Shown: positions 27,539 through 35,919 of the stretch, in pieces
Position numbering within the stretch: the stretch's first letter is position 1
How the letters are laid out: the number at the start of each line of letters is the position of its first letter
DNA from: Minisyncoccota bacterium
GTDB taxonomy: Bacteria > Patescibacteriota > Minisyncoccia > Phycocordibacterales > GCA-2401445
Length of the DNA: 64,000 nucleotides
Assembly (NCBI GenBank): GCA_040879725.1
Contig: JBBDJV010000015.1
Span: forward strand, 32,127 to 96,126
Reading direction: 5' to 3'
The notes under the pieces: generated by a model
Seen by the model: only the letters and a program-made list of their open reading frames with translations
The model's database searches: none
Told to the model about the DNA's origin: nothing
Translations under genes and position numbers: made by a program

Positions 27539-29272
27539 ATGAAAAAAGGTTTATTTGTGTTTATCGGTATCTGTGCTGTTTTCGTAAGTGTGCTTACCTT
27601 TCTTCCCTCGGTTGCTTACGCAGCGGGGTCACTCGTGCTTTCTCCTCCAACCGGTGTGTATACTGCTGGGAGCACGTTTACCGTTCGGGTACTTGTAAAT
27701 ACAGATGGACAAGCAATAAATGCAGCGGAAGGTGAGATTACTTTCAATCCAAGCGAGCTGTCTGTTGTGGCTGTGTCACAAGCCGGATCTATTTTTAATC
27801 TTTGGACGGTGGAGCCGACATATTCAAATGGAGCAGGAACAATTTCATTTGGTGGTGGAAGTCCGAAGGGGTACACCGGTAGCTCAGGAACGGTTATTAC
27901 TATTACGTTCCGCGCCCTGAAAGAAACCAGTGCCACAGTACGATTTTCTTCCGGGTTGATACTTGCTGCGGACGGAAAGGGTACTAATATTATTGGAGCT
28001 CTTTCTTCTGGTTCTTACACACTACAGTCAAGCAAGCAAACACCTCCTCCTGAAATTGTAGTACCTGATAATTCTCCAAGTGCTCCAGCGGTTGTTTCTT
28101 CGACACATCCGAATGAAACAAAGTGGTATCCACTTACAGACGCAAAACTTTCTTGGGAGGTACCCGACAGTGTGAGTGCGGTGCGATTACTTATCGACCA
28201 AACAGAGTATACAATTCCTACCGTATTTTACGGTGAGCCGATAAGTGAAAAGTTGATTGAAGACCTTGATAACGGCGAGTGGTATTTCCATGCACAGTTT
28301 AGGAACGCAGACGGATGGGGCAAGGTGCGACACTTTAGAATAGGAGTTGATACTGAGTTGCCGTCTTCTTTTGAAATACGCGAACCTGAAGACCGAGATC
28401 CAACCAGTCCAAACACACAACTTATTTTTGACGCTACCGATGAAGTTTCGGGTATTGCGCGATACGAAATCCAGATTGGGAATGATGAGCCGATTGTATG
28501 GATAGATACTGAAGGAGATGGTTTATATACACTTCCAACACTTCCAGCAGGAAAACATACTCTTATTGTAAAGGCATTTGATGGTGCTGATAACTATCTT
28601 GTGCAAACCAAGACTGTTACGATTGTCGCACTCGGAGCTCCTACGTTTACCGAGTATCCTGACACTATCTCAACCGATACTATTTTAGTTATGCGTGGTA
28701 CCGCTATTCCAAACAGTACTGTTACCGTGTGGACCAGACGAGGAGGAGAAGAGCCGGTTCCTTACACACTGACATCTGATGCTGATGGAGGATTTACCTT
28801 TATCTCTGATAATGAGCTCGCAAAAGGAGTTCATACATTTTGGGCAACAGTAACCGACGAGCGGGGAGCTCAGAGCGAGCCAAGTGCTGAGGTTAAGGTA
28901 GTGGTCAGAGACCCGGGGTATGTCAGAATCGGATCATTTGCTCTCAGTATTCTTTCACTTATAGTTCCATTGGTTGGTGTTATTGCGCTTCTGGTTTTCC
29001 TCTTCTGGTATACTCGCCATAAAATTATTTTGTTACGAAAGCGATTAAATAAAGAAGTGTTTGAAGCGGAAGCCGCATTACATAAAGCGTTTATCACTTT
29101 GCAGAAGGGAGCAGAGAAACAAGTGAAGGCTCTTGAGGCAGTTTCTGAGAAGCGTAAGCTTACTGCAGAGGAAAAAGATATTCTCGCAAACCTTAAAAAG
29201 AATCTGACTCAAGCGGAAAAGGCGGTCGCCAAAGAGATTGAAGATATTGAAAAGGTACTGAAGAGTAATTAA
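27539..29272 (+). CDS. membrane-anchored surface protein: cohesin-like N-terminal domain, Ig-like domains, TM helix and cytoplasmic coiled-coil tail
   Basis: 'GSTFTVRVLVNTDGQAINAAEGEITFNPSELSVVAVSQAGSIFNLW...ISFGGG' is paralogous to the N-terminus of 26472..27536. The TM is IVPLVGVIALLVFLFWY and the protein ends '...IEDIEKVLKSN', like the fragment at 1..612. Confidence 0.6.
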   Translation: MKKGLFVFIGICAVFVSVLTFLPSVAYAAGSLVLSPPTGVYTAGSTFTVRVLVNTDGQAINAAEGEITFNPSELSVVAVSQAGSIFNLWTVEPTYSNGAGTISFGGGSPKGYTGSSGTVITITFRALKETSATVRFSSGLILAADGKGTNIIGALSSGSYTLQSSKQTPPPEIVVPDNSPSAPAVVSSTHPNETKWYPLTDAKLSWEVPDSVSAVRLLIDQTEYTIPTVFYGEPISEKLIEDLDNGEWYFHAQFRNADGWGKVRHFRIGVDTELPSSFEIREPEDRDPTSPNTQLIFDATDEVSGIARYEIQIGNDEPIVWIDTEGDGLYTLPTLPAGKHTLIVKAFDGADNYLVQTKTVTIVALGAPTFTEYPDTISTDTILVMRGTAIPNSTVTVWTRRGGEEPVPYTLTSDADGGFTFISDNELAKGVHTFWATVTDERGAQSEPSAEVKVVVRDPGYVRIGSFALSILSLIVPLVGVIALLVFLFWYTRHKIILLRKRLNKEVFEAEAALHKAFITLQKGAEKQVKALEAVSEKRKLTAEEKDILANLKKNLTQAEKAVAKEIEDIEKVLKSN

Positions 29273-29274
29273 CA

Positions 29275-29303
29275 AAAATACCCCTTTAAAGGGGTATTTT
29301 TGT
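29275..29303 (+). terminator. rho-independent terminator
   Basis: 'aaaaataccccttt aaa ggggtattttt': a 10-bp stem followed by a T-run. Confidence 0.75.
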
Positions 29304-29320
29304 GTTATCCACGGGAAAAT

Positions 29321-29349
29321 TTGGCTTGTGAACATTTGTTCACTATAGT
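29321..29349 (+). promoter_or_regulatory. promoter with an embedded Cheo-type LexA/SOS box
   Basis: TTGGCT, then a 17-nt spacer 'tGTGAACATTTGTTCAC', then TATAGT. The spacer is a perfect 16-bp palindrome containing GAAC-N4-GTTC, the Gram-positive LexA/DinR consensus. The ATG is 9 nt downstream. Confidence 0.65.
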
Positions 29350-29358
29350 GTATGTGTC

Positions 29359-29928
29359 ATGGATGATGTATACGAAAAGAAAATATACGAATACTACCTG
29401 CGAGAGAAACGAATTCCCGTGTATCGTGTTATTGCAAAGCTTTGTGGTTTCGCTTCTACAAATGCCGTAAGTCGTTTAGTAACACGGTTGCTCGAGTCAC
29501 GCTTCCTTGAACGTAATTCTCGAGGAAAATTAATTCCCGGAGCGCGTATGGGAAGTGTTCGTTTGCTGGGTCTTGTTGAGGCGGGTTTTCCTTCTCATGC
29601 TGAAGAAGCTGACTTAGACACGATAACCATAGATGAATTTTTAATCGAGAATAGAGAAGCGAGTTATATGTTAAAGGTAAAGGGTGACTCTATGATCGAC
29701 GCTGGTATTTGTCCGGGTGACTTTGTTATTGTAGAGCGAAAGAATACCGCAAAAGTGGGAGATATTATCGTTGCCGAGGTGGACCAGGAATATACGATGA
29801 AATACTTGGCAGAGAAAAATGGAGTGAGATATCTCAAGCCTGCAAATAAAAAGTATCGACCTATTTTCCCTTGTGAAAGTCTAACAATAGTTGCAGTAGT
29901 TCGTTCAGTGATCAGAAAATATGCATGA
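29359..29928 (+). CDS. lexA: LexA-like repressor (wHTH plus S24 peptidase domain)
   Basis: N-terminal wHTH. The catalytic Ser is in 'KGDSMIDAGI' and the Lys in 'TMKYL', with the same spacing as LexA/UmuD. Confidence 0.8.
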   Translation: MDDVYEKKIYEYYLREKRIPVYRVIAKLCGFASTNAVSRLVTRLLESRFLERNSRGKLIPGARMGSVRLLGLVEAGFPSHAEEADLDTITIDEFLIENREASYMLKVKGDSMIDAGICPGDFVIVERKNTAKVGDIIVAEVDQEYTMKYLAEKNGVRYLKPANKKYRPIFPCESLTIVAVVRSVIRKYA

Positions 29929-31148
29929 CGCAACGATGCATCTTACATCTTGATGGAGACGGTTTTTTTGCCGGTTGCGAAATGGCGGTTAACCCAAAAC
30001 TTAAAGGAAGAGCGGTTGTTGTTGGTGCCGAGAAGGGGATTGTAACCGCGTTGAGCTATGAAGCCAAAGCACTCGGAATCGCGCGGGGTATGGCTACGTT
30101 TCAGATACGAAAAGACTTTCCTGAAGCGGTGGTACTGCCGGGCAATTACCGCTTGTATCGTGAGTTATCTAAAAGAATGAATGCGATTGTTTCGAGATAC
30201 GCGCACAGGGTTGAGCCATACAGTATCGATGAGTGTTTTGCTGATATTACGGGTATTCCCGAACGTTTTGGAAAAACTCCGGAAAGCTTTGGACGCATGG
30301 TGCAGAAAGTGCTTTTGTCGGAACTAAACGTTTCTTTTTCAATGGGTATTGGCAGTACGAAAGTTCGCGCAAAAACAGCATCAAAACTAGAAAAACCTTT
30401 TGGCTGTAGTGTGTTTGAACTGCGCAAAAATCAAAATAGCTTAATGGCACTACCTGTCGGATCTTTGTGGGGAATAGGCAAAAGTAGCGCGATGGCTTTG
30501 AATGCACTTGGCATTTGGACTGTCGGGGATTTTATGGCAAAGGAGAGGTTTTTTATCAATAATTTTTTTAATAAGCAGGTATGTGAATTATGGAGTGAAC
30601 TGAAGGGTGAGTCGTTGTACGATATTTCAGCTAAGCGTGAGTCTCCTCAGTCGGTAAGCCATACGCGTACATTCACACCAGCAAGTGGATCACTTAAAAC
30701 ACTATGTAGAGAGCTTACGTGCCATGCGGAAGCAGTGGCATTTCGTTTGCGGATGCAAGGTCTCGCTGCACAGGAGTATTCTTTTTTTGTGAAAACAAAA
30801 AGTTTCGAGTATAAAACATTCAAAGTGTCTTTTGTATCACCAACGCATGACGATCATGAAATTGTACCCGAAATACTTAGGTGTTTACGAAATGCCATAG
30901 TGCCCGGGGGAATGTACCGAGCAACCGGAGTTACAGCTCTTGGTGTTGTTCCGTCTATTGCTGTGTCGGGGAATATGTTTGCGCGAGAAGTAAATTCAAA
31001 GGCTCTGTACGGGGCATTTGACCGTATTTTGCGAAGGTATGGCAGTAGTGCAATCATGCTGGCATCCGGAATGCATCCCCAAAGAAAGGCAAAGAAGAAG
31101 TTCGAAGAGCTTCATTTTTCGATACCCTGTATCGGGTATGTGGATTAG
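29925..31148 (+). CDS. Y-family DNA polymerase (DinB/UmuC-like)
   Basis: 'ILHLDGDGFFAGCE' and 'SIDECFADITG' are the Y-family palm motifs. It overlaps lexA by 4 nt. Confidence 0.8.
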   Translation: MTQRCILHLDGDGFFAGCEMAVNPKLKGRAVVVGAEKGIVTALSYEAKALGIARGMATFQIRKDFPEAVVLPGNYRLYRELSKRMNAIVSRYAHRVEPYSIDECFADITGIPERFGKTPESFGRMVQKVLLSELNVSFSMGIGSTKVRAKTASKLEKPFGCSVFELRKNQNSLMALPVGSLWGIGKSSAMALNALGIWTVGDFMAKERFFINNFFNKQVCELWSELKGESLYDISAKRESPQSVSHTRTFTPASGSLKTLCRELTCHAEAVAFRLRMQGLAAQEYSFFVKTKSFEYKTFKVSFVSPTHDDHEIVPEILRCLRNAIVPGGMYRATGVTALGVVPSIAVSGNMFAREVNSKALYGAFDRILRRYGSSAIMLASGMHPQRKAKKKFEELHFSIPCIGYVD

Positions 31149-31179
31149 TATGACGGGATTCAATGTATAATATAAGGTA

Positions 31180-32166
31180 ATGGTATCGATATTACATATA
31201 CTGATTGTACTTGCGGGAATTTCCGGTTTTTTTCTTGCGTACTACATTCATCACAAAAAAGTAACCAACACTCGATTAGTATGTCCCGTAGGAGCAAACT
31301 GTGAAGCGGTAGTTCATAGTGAATATTCAAGCTTTTTGGGCGTCTCACTTGAGTACTGGGGAATGCTCTACTATGCGTCAATTGTTTTTTCTTACATATG
31401 GATAGGGCTATTGCCTGAAACGGTACCTTCTCTTGTGTATCTGGGAATTATTGCGCTTACTGTGAGCGGCTTTATTTTTTCTTTGTACTTAACTTCAATC
31501 CAAGCATTTGTTATTCGTCAGTGGTGCACGTGGTGTCTTACTTCAGCAGGACTTTCTACTTTGATATTTTTCTGTACCATAGCGGGAAGCATGGAAGGCA
31601 TCGGTTCTCTTATTACAGACAACCTTATGTTGCTCTCATCAATTCACGCACTTTCACTCGCACTCGGAGTTGGAGCAATAACAGTTAATGTTATTTTCCT
31701 CTTTAAGTTTGTGAGTGACTATGTGGTTACTATTGGAGAGTACGAAACACTAAAAACAGTGAACAATATTGTATGGGTGGCACTCGGACTATTTGTTATT
31801 ACTGGTGTCGGGTTACATATCCTTACGCCGATTATTGAGTACGAAGGCTTTTTCTTATTAAAAATGACTACAGCGCTTTTGATAACAATAACGCTCTGGT
31901 TCACACAGTTTGTTATTGTGCCTCAGTTTATGCAGGCTATTACCACAGACGGGGAACCGCCTTCTTCTGTTCGTTCTCAGCTTCACCAAAGAGTATTTAT
32001 TACCGGTAGTGTAAGTCTCGTTGCGTGGTACGCATTATTTGGAGCGAACTTATTTATCCAAGCGGTGCAAAGTGTTACCATTCTTTCTATAGTGTTCTTG
32101 GTTCTTCTTGCGGGTAGCGTGACAGGAGGTTTGGCACTTGAGCAAGTTGTCGCTCATCGGAAATAG
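31180..32166 (+). CDS. VKOR (vitamin K epoxide reductase) family membrane protein with additional C-terminal TM domain
   Basis: A Cys pair (CPVGANC) and a CxxC redox motif 'WCTWC' sit in a polytopic membrane context. About 5 further TM helices follow. Confidence 0.6.
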   Translation: MVSILHILIVLAGISGFFLAYYIHHKKVTNTRLVCPVGANCEAVVHSEYSSFLGVSLEYWGMLYYASIVFSYIWIGLLPETVPSLVYLGIIALTVSGFIFSLYLTSIQAFVIRQWCTWCLTSAGLSTLIFFCTIAGSMEGIGSLITDNLMLLSSIHALSLALGVGAITVNVIFLFKFVSDYVVTIGEYETLKTVNNIVWVALGLFVITGVGLHILTPIIEYEGFFLLKMTTALLITITLWFTQFVIVPQFMQAITTDGEPPSSVRSQLHQRVFITGSVSLVAWYALFGANLFIQAVQSVTILSIVFLVLLAGSVTGGLALEQVVAHRK

Positions 32167-32207
32167 TTCGCGTTACTATTTATTAGTGTAAACGTATTAT
32201 AAGGTAT

Positions 32208-33005
32208 ATGGAAAATAACAATACACAACAAACATGGGTGCGTGTAGCGCATCGACTTTCATTACTCATAACAGTGCTCTCTGTTCTCGCTATTGTCTTT
32301 GTATTCGGTGCTTTTAAATGGTACGGGACTATTGGGGCAGACATTACTCCACAAGCAACTATAAGTGTCAGTGGCGAAGGGAAGGCGTACGCTACGGCAA
32401 ATATTGCTCAGTTTACTCTCACTGTCCGTGACATGCAGGATACGGTTGCTCTGGCGCAAGACAATGCTACAGAATGGAGTAACAATATTGTTGCGTACCT
32501 TCGAGAGCAGGGCATAGCGGAAAAAGACATTAAAACAACCGGCTACAATATTTACCCACAGTATTCATACCCTGAAGTTCGATGTATGGGCAATATATGT
32601 CCACAGCCAAGTAGGCAGTTGGATGGATATGAGGTAAGTCAGTCTATTACGGTAAAGGTACGAAATCTTGATACTGTAGGAACACTGCTTGCCGGAGTTG
32701 GACAGAGAAATGTTGATTCGGTTGGCGGAGTTAATTTCATTGTCGAAGACGAAACAAATGTACAAGCTGAAGCTCGACAGGAAGCGATTGCGAATGCCGA
32801 GGCAAAAGCTAAAACACTTGCAAATCAGTTAGGAGTTAAGCTTGTGCGAATCATTAACTTCAATGAAAACGGCCACACGCCATATTATGCAAAGACTGAA
32901 ATGGCTCAATCGATGTCAGATGGTGCAGGAAGCGTAGCACCATTACTGCCAGTCGGTGAGAATGAGTACCTCTCAAATGTAAGTATTACCTACGAGATAC
33001 GGTAA
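32208..33005 (+). CDS. SIMPL-domain (DUF541) protein, N-terminally anchored
   Basis: N-terminal TM, then 'ISVSGEGKAYATANIAQFTLTV...WSNNIVAYLREQGIAEKDIKTTGYNIYPQY', typical of SIMPL/'26 kDa periplasmic immunogenic protein'. Confidence 0.7.
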   Translation: MENNNTQQTWVRVAHRLSLLITVLSVLAIVFVFGAFKWYGTIGADITPQATISVSGEGKAYATANIAQFTLTVRDMQDTVALAQDNATEWSNNIVAYLREQGIAEKDIKTTGYNIYPQYSYPEVRCMGNICPQPSRQLDGYEVSQSITVKVRNLDTVGTLLAGVGQRNVDSVGGVNFIVEDETNVQAEARQEAIANAEAKAKTLANQLGVKLVRIINFNENGHTPYYAKTEMAQSMSDGAGSVAPLLPVGENEYLSNVSITYEIR

Positions 33006-33026
33006 ATAATATAGAAAACAAAAAAG

Positions 33027-33050
33027 CGCCTTCGGGCGCTTTTTTGTTTT
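33027..33050 (+). terminator. rho-independent terminator
   Basis: 'gcgcc ttcg ggcgc' followed by TTTTTTGTTTT. Confidence 0.8.
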
Positions 33051-33167
33051 CACTATGAAGAATAAATAGAATAAACCTTAGAGAAATCTGTCAAAAAAAT
33101 TCCTGAGGTTTAACCTCAGGAGACAAGTAACAGATATGACAACCCTCCACAAATACAAAACCCCCAA

Positions 33168-33189
33168 GTGTACCGATATATCGGTACAC
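33168..33189. promoter_or_regulatory. perfect 22-bp palindrome (candidate operator or structured element) in the 340-bp gap before secE
   Basis: 'GTGTACCGATATATCGGTACAC' is self-complementary with no mismatch. Confidence 0.3.
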
Positions 33190-33314
33190 TTGTATTCACA
33201 CGCATAGCTGATTTTGCTTAGGCTGTAATTCAATACAAAGGAATCCCTTTTGTATAGACGGTAAGTGCTGATAGTGTGGGTTATATTTGAATTAAGCCAC
33301 GCATTATGGTGTGG

Positions 33315-33344
33315 TTGACAACTATACTACATATCTAGTATGAT
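33315..33344 (+). promoter_or_regulatory. candidate sigma70 promoter for secE-nusG-rplK
   Basis: TTGACA, an 18-nt spacer, then TATGAT, about 40 nt before the secE ATG. Confidence 0.5.
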
Positions 33345-33386
33345 GTGTGTATTAAAGCCCTGCGGGGCATTTTTAATAGGAAATAT

Positions 33387-33719
33387 ATGGGATTATTTGA
33401 ATATATCAGTGAAACACGAGGTGAAATGAAGCATGTGAGTTGGCCGACTCGGAAGCAGACAATCATGTACACTACTCTTGTGATACTTATTTCGGCTATA
33501 GTTGCGATGTATCTAGGTGCGCTTGATTTCTTGTTCAGAGAGGCATTTTTGTCACGTTTGCTTGGTGTAAGTAGTACTCCACAAACATCAACTCCGGCAG
33601 AAACTACTGAAGGAAGCGAAGCGGTGGGAGTTCCTTCTGAGGAGGGAGAATCTTCTGAAGAACCACAGTTTGATATATCAGTAGATGGTACTGAAGTAAC
33701 CCCAACAATAAACGAATAA
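33387..33719 (+). CDS. secE: preprotein translocase subunit SecE with an acidic C-terminal extension
   Basis: 'ETRGEMKHVSWPTRKQTIMYTTLVILISAIVAMYLGALDFLF' is the SecE core. I moved the start from the ORF-track ATG at 33345 to the ATG at 33387. An extension of ~50 aa rich in S/T/E follows. Confidence 0.8.
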   Translation: MGLFEYISETRGEMKHVSWPTRKQTIMYTTLVILISAIVAMYLGALDFLFREAFLSRLLGVSSTPQTSTPAETTEGSEAVGVPSEEGESSEEPQFDISVDGTEVTPTINE

Positions 33720-33720
33720 T

Positions 33721-34266
33721 ATGTCAAAACAAGCTACAAACAATGAGCGACACTGGTATGCTATTCATACCTATGCAGGGTATGAGAATGCCGTGGTGCG
33801 TAACCTAAAACAGCGTATTGAATCTCTTGGAATGGAAGACAGGATATTCAATGTTCTTGTTCCTACTGAAAAAACTTTTAAAATAAAAGGAAGTAAGCGG
33901 GTTGAGGAAGAAGAGAAGATATACCCAGGGTACGTTCTCGTGGATATGATCGTAACCGATGATTCTTGGTTTGTTGTTAGAAACACTCCTCGAGTAACCG
34001 GGTTCGTTGGTTCAGGGGTACATCCTGTTCCTCTTGATAAGAAAGAAGTAGACATGCTACTTAACCGCATGAGTACCGATACCGTAAAGCATACTATTGA
34101 CCTTGCTGTGAATGATGCGGTAACGATTGCCGATGGTCCGTTTAAGGACTTGGACGGAAAGGTGAGTGAAGTAGATTCCGCACGAGGTAAGGTAAAGGTG
34201 CTTGTTTCAATGTTCGGGAGAGAAACACCTGTTGAATTAGACTTTTTACAAGTTAAGAAGCTCTAA
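33721..34266 (+). CDS. nusG: transcription termination/antitermination factor NusG
   Basis: NGN domain 'WYAIHTYAGYENAV...'. KOW motif 'VTIADGPFKDLDGKVSEVD...KVKVLVSMFGRETPVEL'. Confidence 0.9.
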   Translation: MSKQATNNERHWYAIHTYAGYENAVVRNLKQRIESLGMEDRIFNVLVPTEKTFKIKGSKRVEEEEKIYPGYVLVDMIVTDDSWFVVRNTPRVTGFVGSGVHPVPLDKKEVDMLLNRMSTDTVKHTIDLAVNDAVTIADGPFKDLDGKVSEVDSARGKVKVLVSMFGRETPVELDFLQVKKL

Positions 34267-34311
34267 GCTTGACGCTGTTTAAATATCTGGTATCTTTAAT
34301 CAACTATACAT

Positions 34312-34737
34312 ATGGCAAAGAAAATACTTAAAAAACTTAAATTACAAATTCCTGGAGGCGCAGCTAATCCTGCTCCTCCAGTAGGTCCTGCGCTTGGACA
34401 GGCGGGAATTAACATTGGTGACTTCGTAAAGAAGTTCAATGACGCAACTCAGGACAAGCGAGGTGATATTATTCCGGTTGTTATTAGCGTGTATGAAGAT
34501 AGAAGCTATGACTTCGTGCTTAAAACACCACCGGCAACAAATCTTATTCTAAAAGCAATAAACCTACAGAAAGGTTCAGGCAAGAATGCAGTACAGAAGG
34601 TAGGTAAAATTACCAAAGCCCAAGTACGCGAGGTTGCTGAGAAGAAAATGGCGGATCTGAACGCAAACGACATTGAAGGCGCAATGAAAATTATCGAAGG
34701 AAGTTGTCGTTCAATGGGAGTAGAGGTTGTACAATAA
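34312..34737 (+). CDS. rplK: 50S ribosomal protein L11
   Basis: '[26 protein letters not shown]' is the L11 N-terminal motif. Confidence 0.95.
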   Translation: MAKKILKKLKLQIPGGAANPAPPVGPALGQAGINIGDFVKKFNDATQDKRGDIIPVVISVYEDRSYDFVLKTPPATNLILKAINLQKGSGKNAVQKVGKITKAQVREVAEKKMADLNANDIEGAMKIIEGSCRSMGVEVVQ

Positions 34738-34749
34738 TTCAAAAAATAA

Positions 34750-34790
34750 AAACAAAAAACCCGCACTTGCGAGTTTTTTGTTTTTAGAGT
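34750..34790 (+). terminator. probable intrinsic terminator
   Basis: A short GC stem 'cgca..tgcg' followed by 'gagttttttgttttt'. Confidence 0.4.
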
Positions 34791-34816
34791 AGTTTTCAGT
34801 GTAGAAAGGAAAAATA

Positions 34817-35233
34817 ATGAAAACAAGTATTTATGTCGGATGTGCATTAACGCACGCTCCGCAAGAGTACCGTGACAGTATTGCAGACTTGAAATGGCGC
34901 CTCGGGCATTATTTTAGAGTAAAGGAGTTTCTTGGCTTAACCGCGGGGGATGAGTTTGCGGTATACCACGAAGATATTCGGTGTGGGGTCGGTGGAGCAG
35001 ATATTTTTGTGGCGTTTGCTGACTATCCTTCAACAGGCCTTGGTCTTGAGCTTGGTGCCGCGTTTTGGCGTTTTCAAAAACCAGTATTGTTATTGTGGCA
35101 GGAGGATGCTGTGGTAACGCGTCTCATAAAGGGAATCGATGACTATCCTCATTTGATACGCAAGACGTACAAGACGCTCAGTATGCAGAGTGCCGGAAAG
35201 ATTATTGTAAGAACAATTCCAGGTTTACTTTAG
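34817..35233 (+). CDS. nucleoside 2-deoxyribosyltransferase / DNPH1(Rcl)-like protein
   Basis: 'IYVGCALTHAPQEY' (N-terminal Rossmann-like start) and 'ADIFVAFADYPSTGLGLELGAAFWRFQKPVLLLW' (the conserved Glu in an 'ELG' context) match the NDT/Rcl fold pattern. Confidence 0.45.
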   Translation: MKTSIYVGCALTHAPQEYRDSIADLKWRLGHYFRVKEFLGLTAGDEFAVYHEDIRCGVGGADIFVAFADYPSTGLGLELGAAFWRFQKPVLLLWQEDAVVTRLIKGIDDYPHLIRKTYKTLSMQSAGKIIVRTIPGLL

Positions 35234-35411
35234 CAACAACCCCGCTTTTCGGAAGCGGGGTATGTTTTTGGTATTGCATTGAAAATAGTATGTACATTTT
35301 ATTTTTACCTAAGCTTAGCTTAGGTAAAAATCAGATTTGTATAGTTTTTATTAAATGCGCACGCCGGCGTGCGCATTTAAATGGCTCTATATAAGCCATA
35401 TTTGACCTACA

Positions 35412-35903
35412 TTATTCTCGCTCGAGGGTGAGCCATTTGAAGGGGGGCGTGTGTTCTGTGTGGTGTTCTTCAGAAATTTTCTTCGTGAAGTTGTCATACG
35501 GGGGAAAATAAGTATCGCCTTGTTCATCACTTTCAATTAAGGTGAGATAGAGCCGAGAGGTTGCGGGGAGTAGCTGTTTATATATTTCTCCACCTCCGAT
35601 AATAAAAATTTCTTGGGACTCTATTGTTCTGGCATAGGCAAGTGCGTCTTCGGGGGAAGGTACAACAACCACGCCAGCAGGCGCGAAATTCGCGTTGCGC
35701 GATATGACGATAGAGGTGCGACCAGGGAGTGGACGTCCGATGGATTCGTAAGTTTTGCGTCCCATGATGATGGGGTGATTCATTGTAAGTTGTTTAAAGC
35801 GCTTCAAGTCACTCCCGATACGCCAAATAAGCTCATTGCCTTTTCCAATAACGCGTGTTTCTTTGCCAAGAGCGACAATCATGCTTACAATAGGTATATT
35901 CAT
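35412..35903 (-). CDS. folA: dihydrofolate reductase
   Basis: 'MIVALGKETRVIGKGNELIWRIGSDLKRFKQLTMNHPIIMGRKTYESIGRPLPGRTSIVISRN'. I moved the start from the ORF-track start at 36056 to the ATG at 35903 (MNIPIVSMIV...). Confidence 0.85.
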   Translation of the reverse strand: MNIPIVSMIVALGKETRVIGKGNELIWRIGSDLKRFKQLTMNHPIIMGRKTYESIGRPLPGRTSIVISRNANFAPAGVVVVPSPEDALAYARTIESQEIFIIGGGEIYKQLLPATSRLYLTLIESDEQGDTYFPPYDNFTKKISEEHHTEHTPPFKWLTLERE

Positions 35904-35919
35904 TTGGTAATAGTAACGT

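Noticed and set aside
33335-33727. 130-aa minus-strand ORF overlapping secE
   Set aside because: The plus-strand product is a clear SecE homolog in the conserved secE-nusG-rplK context.
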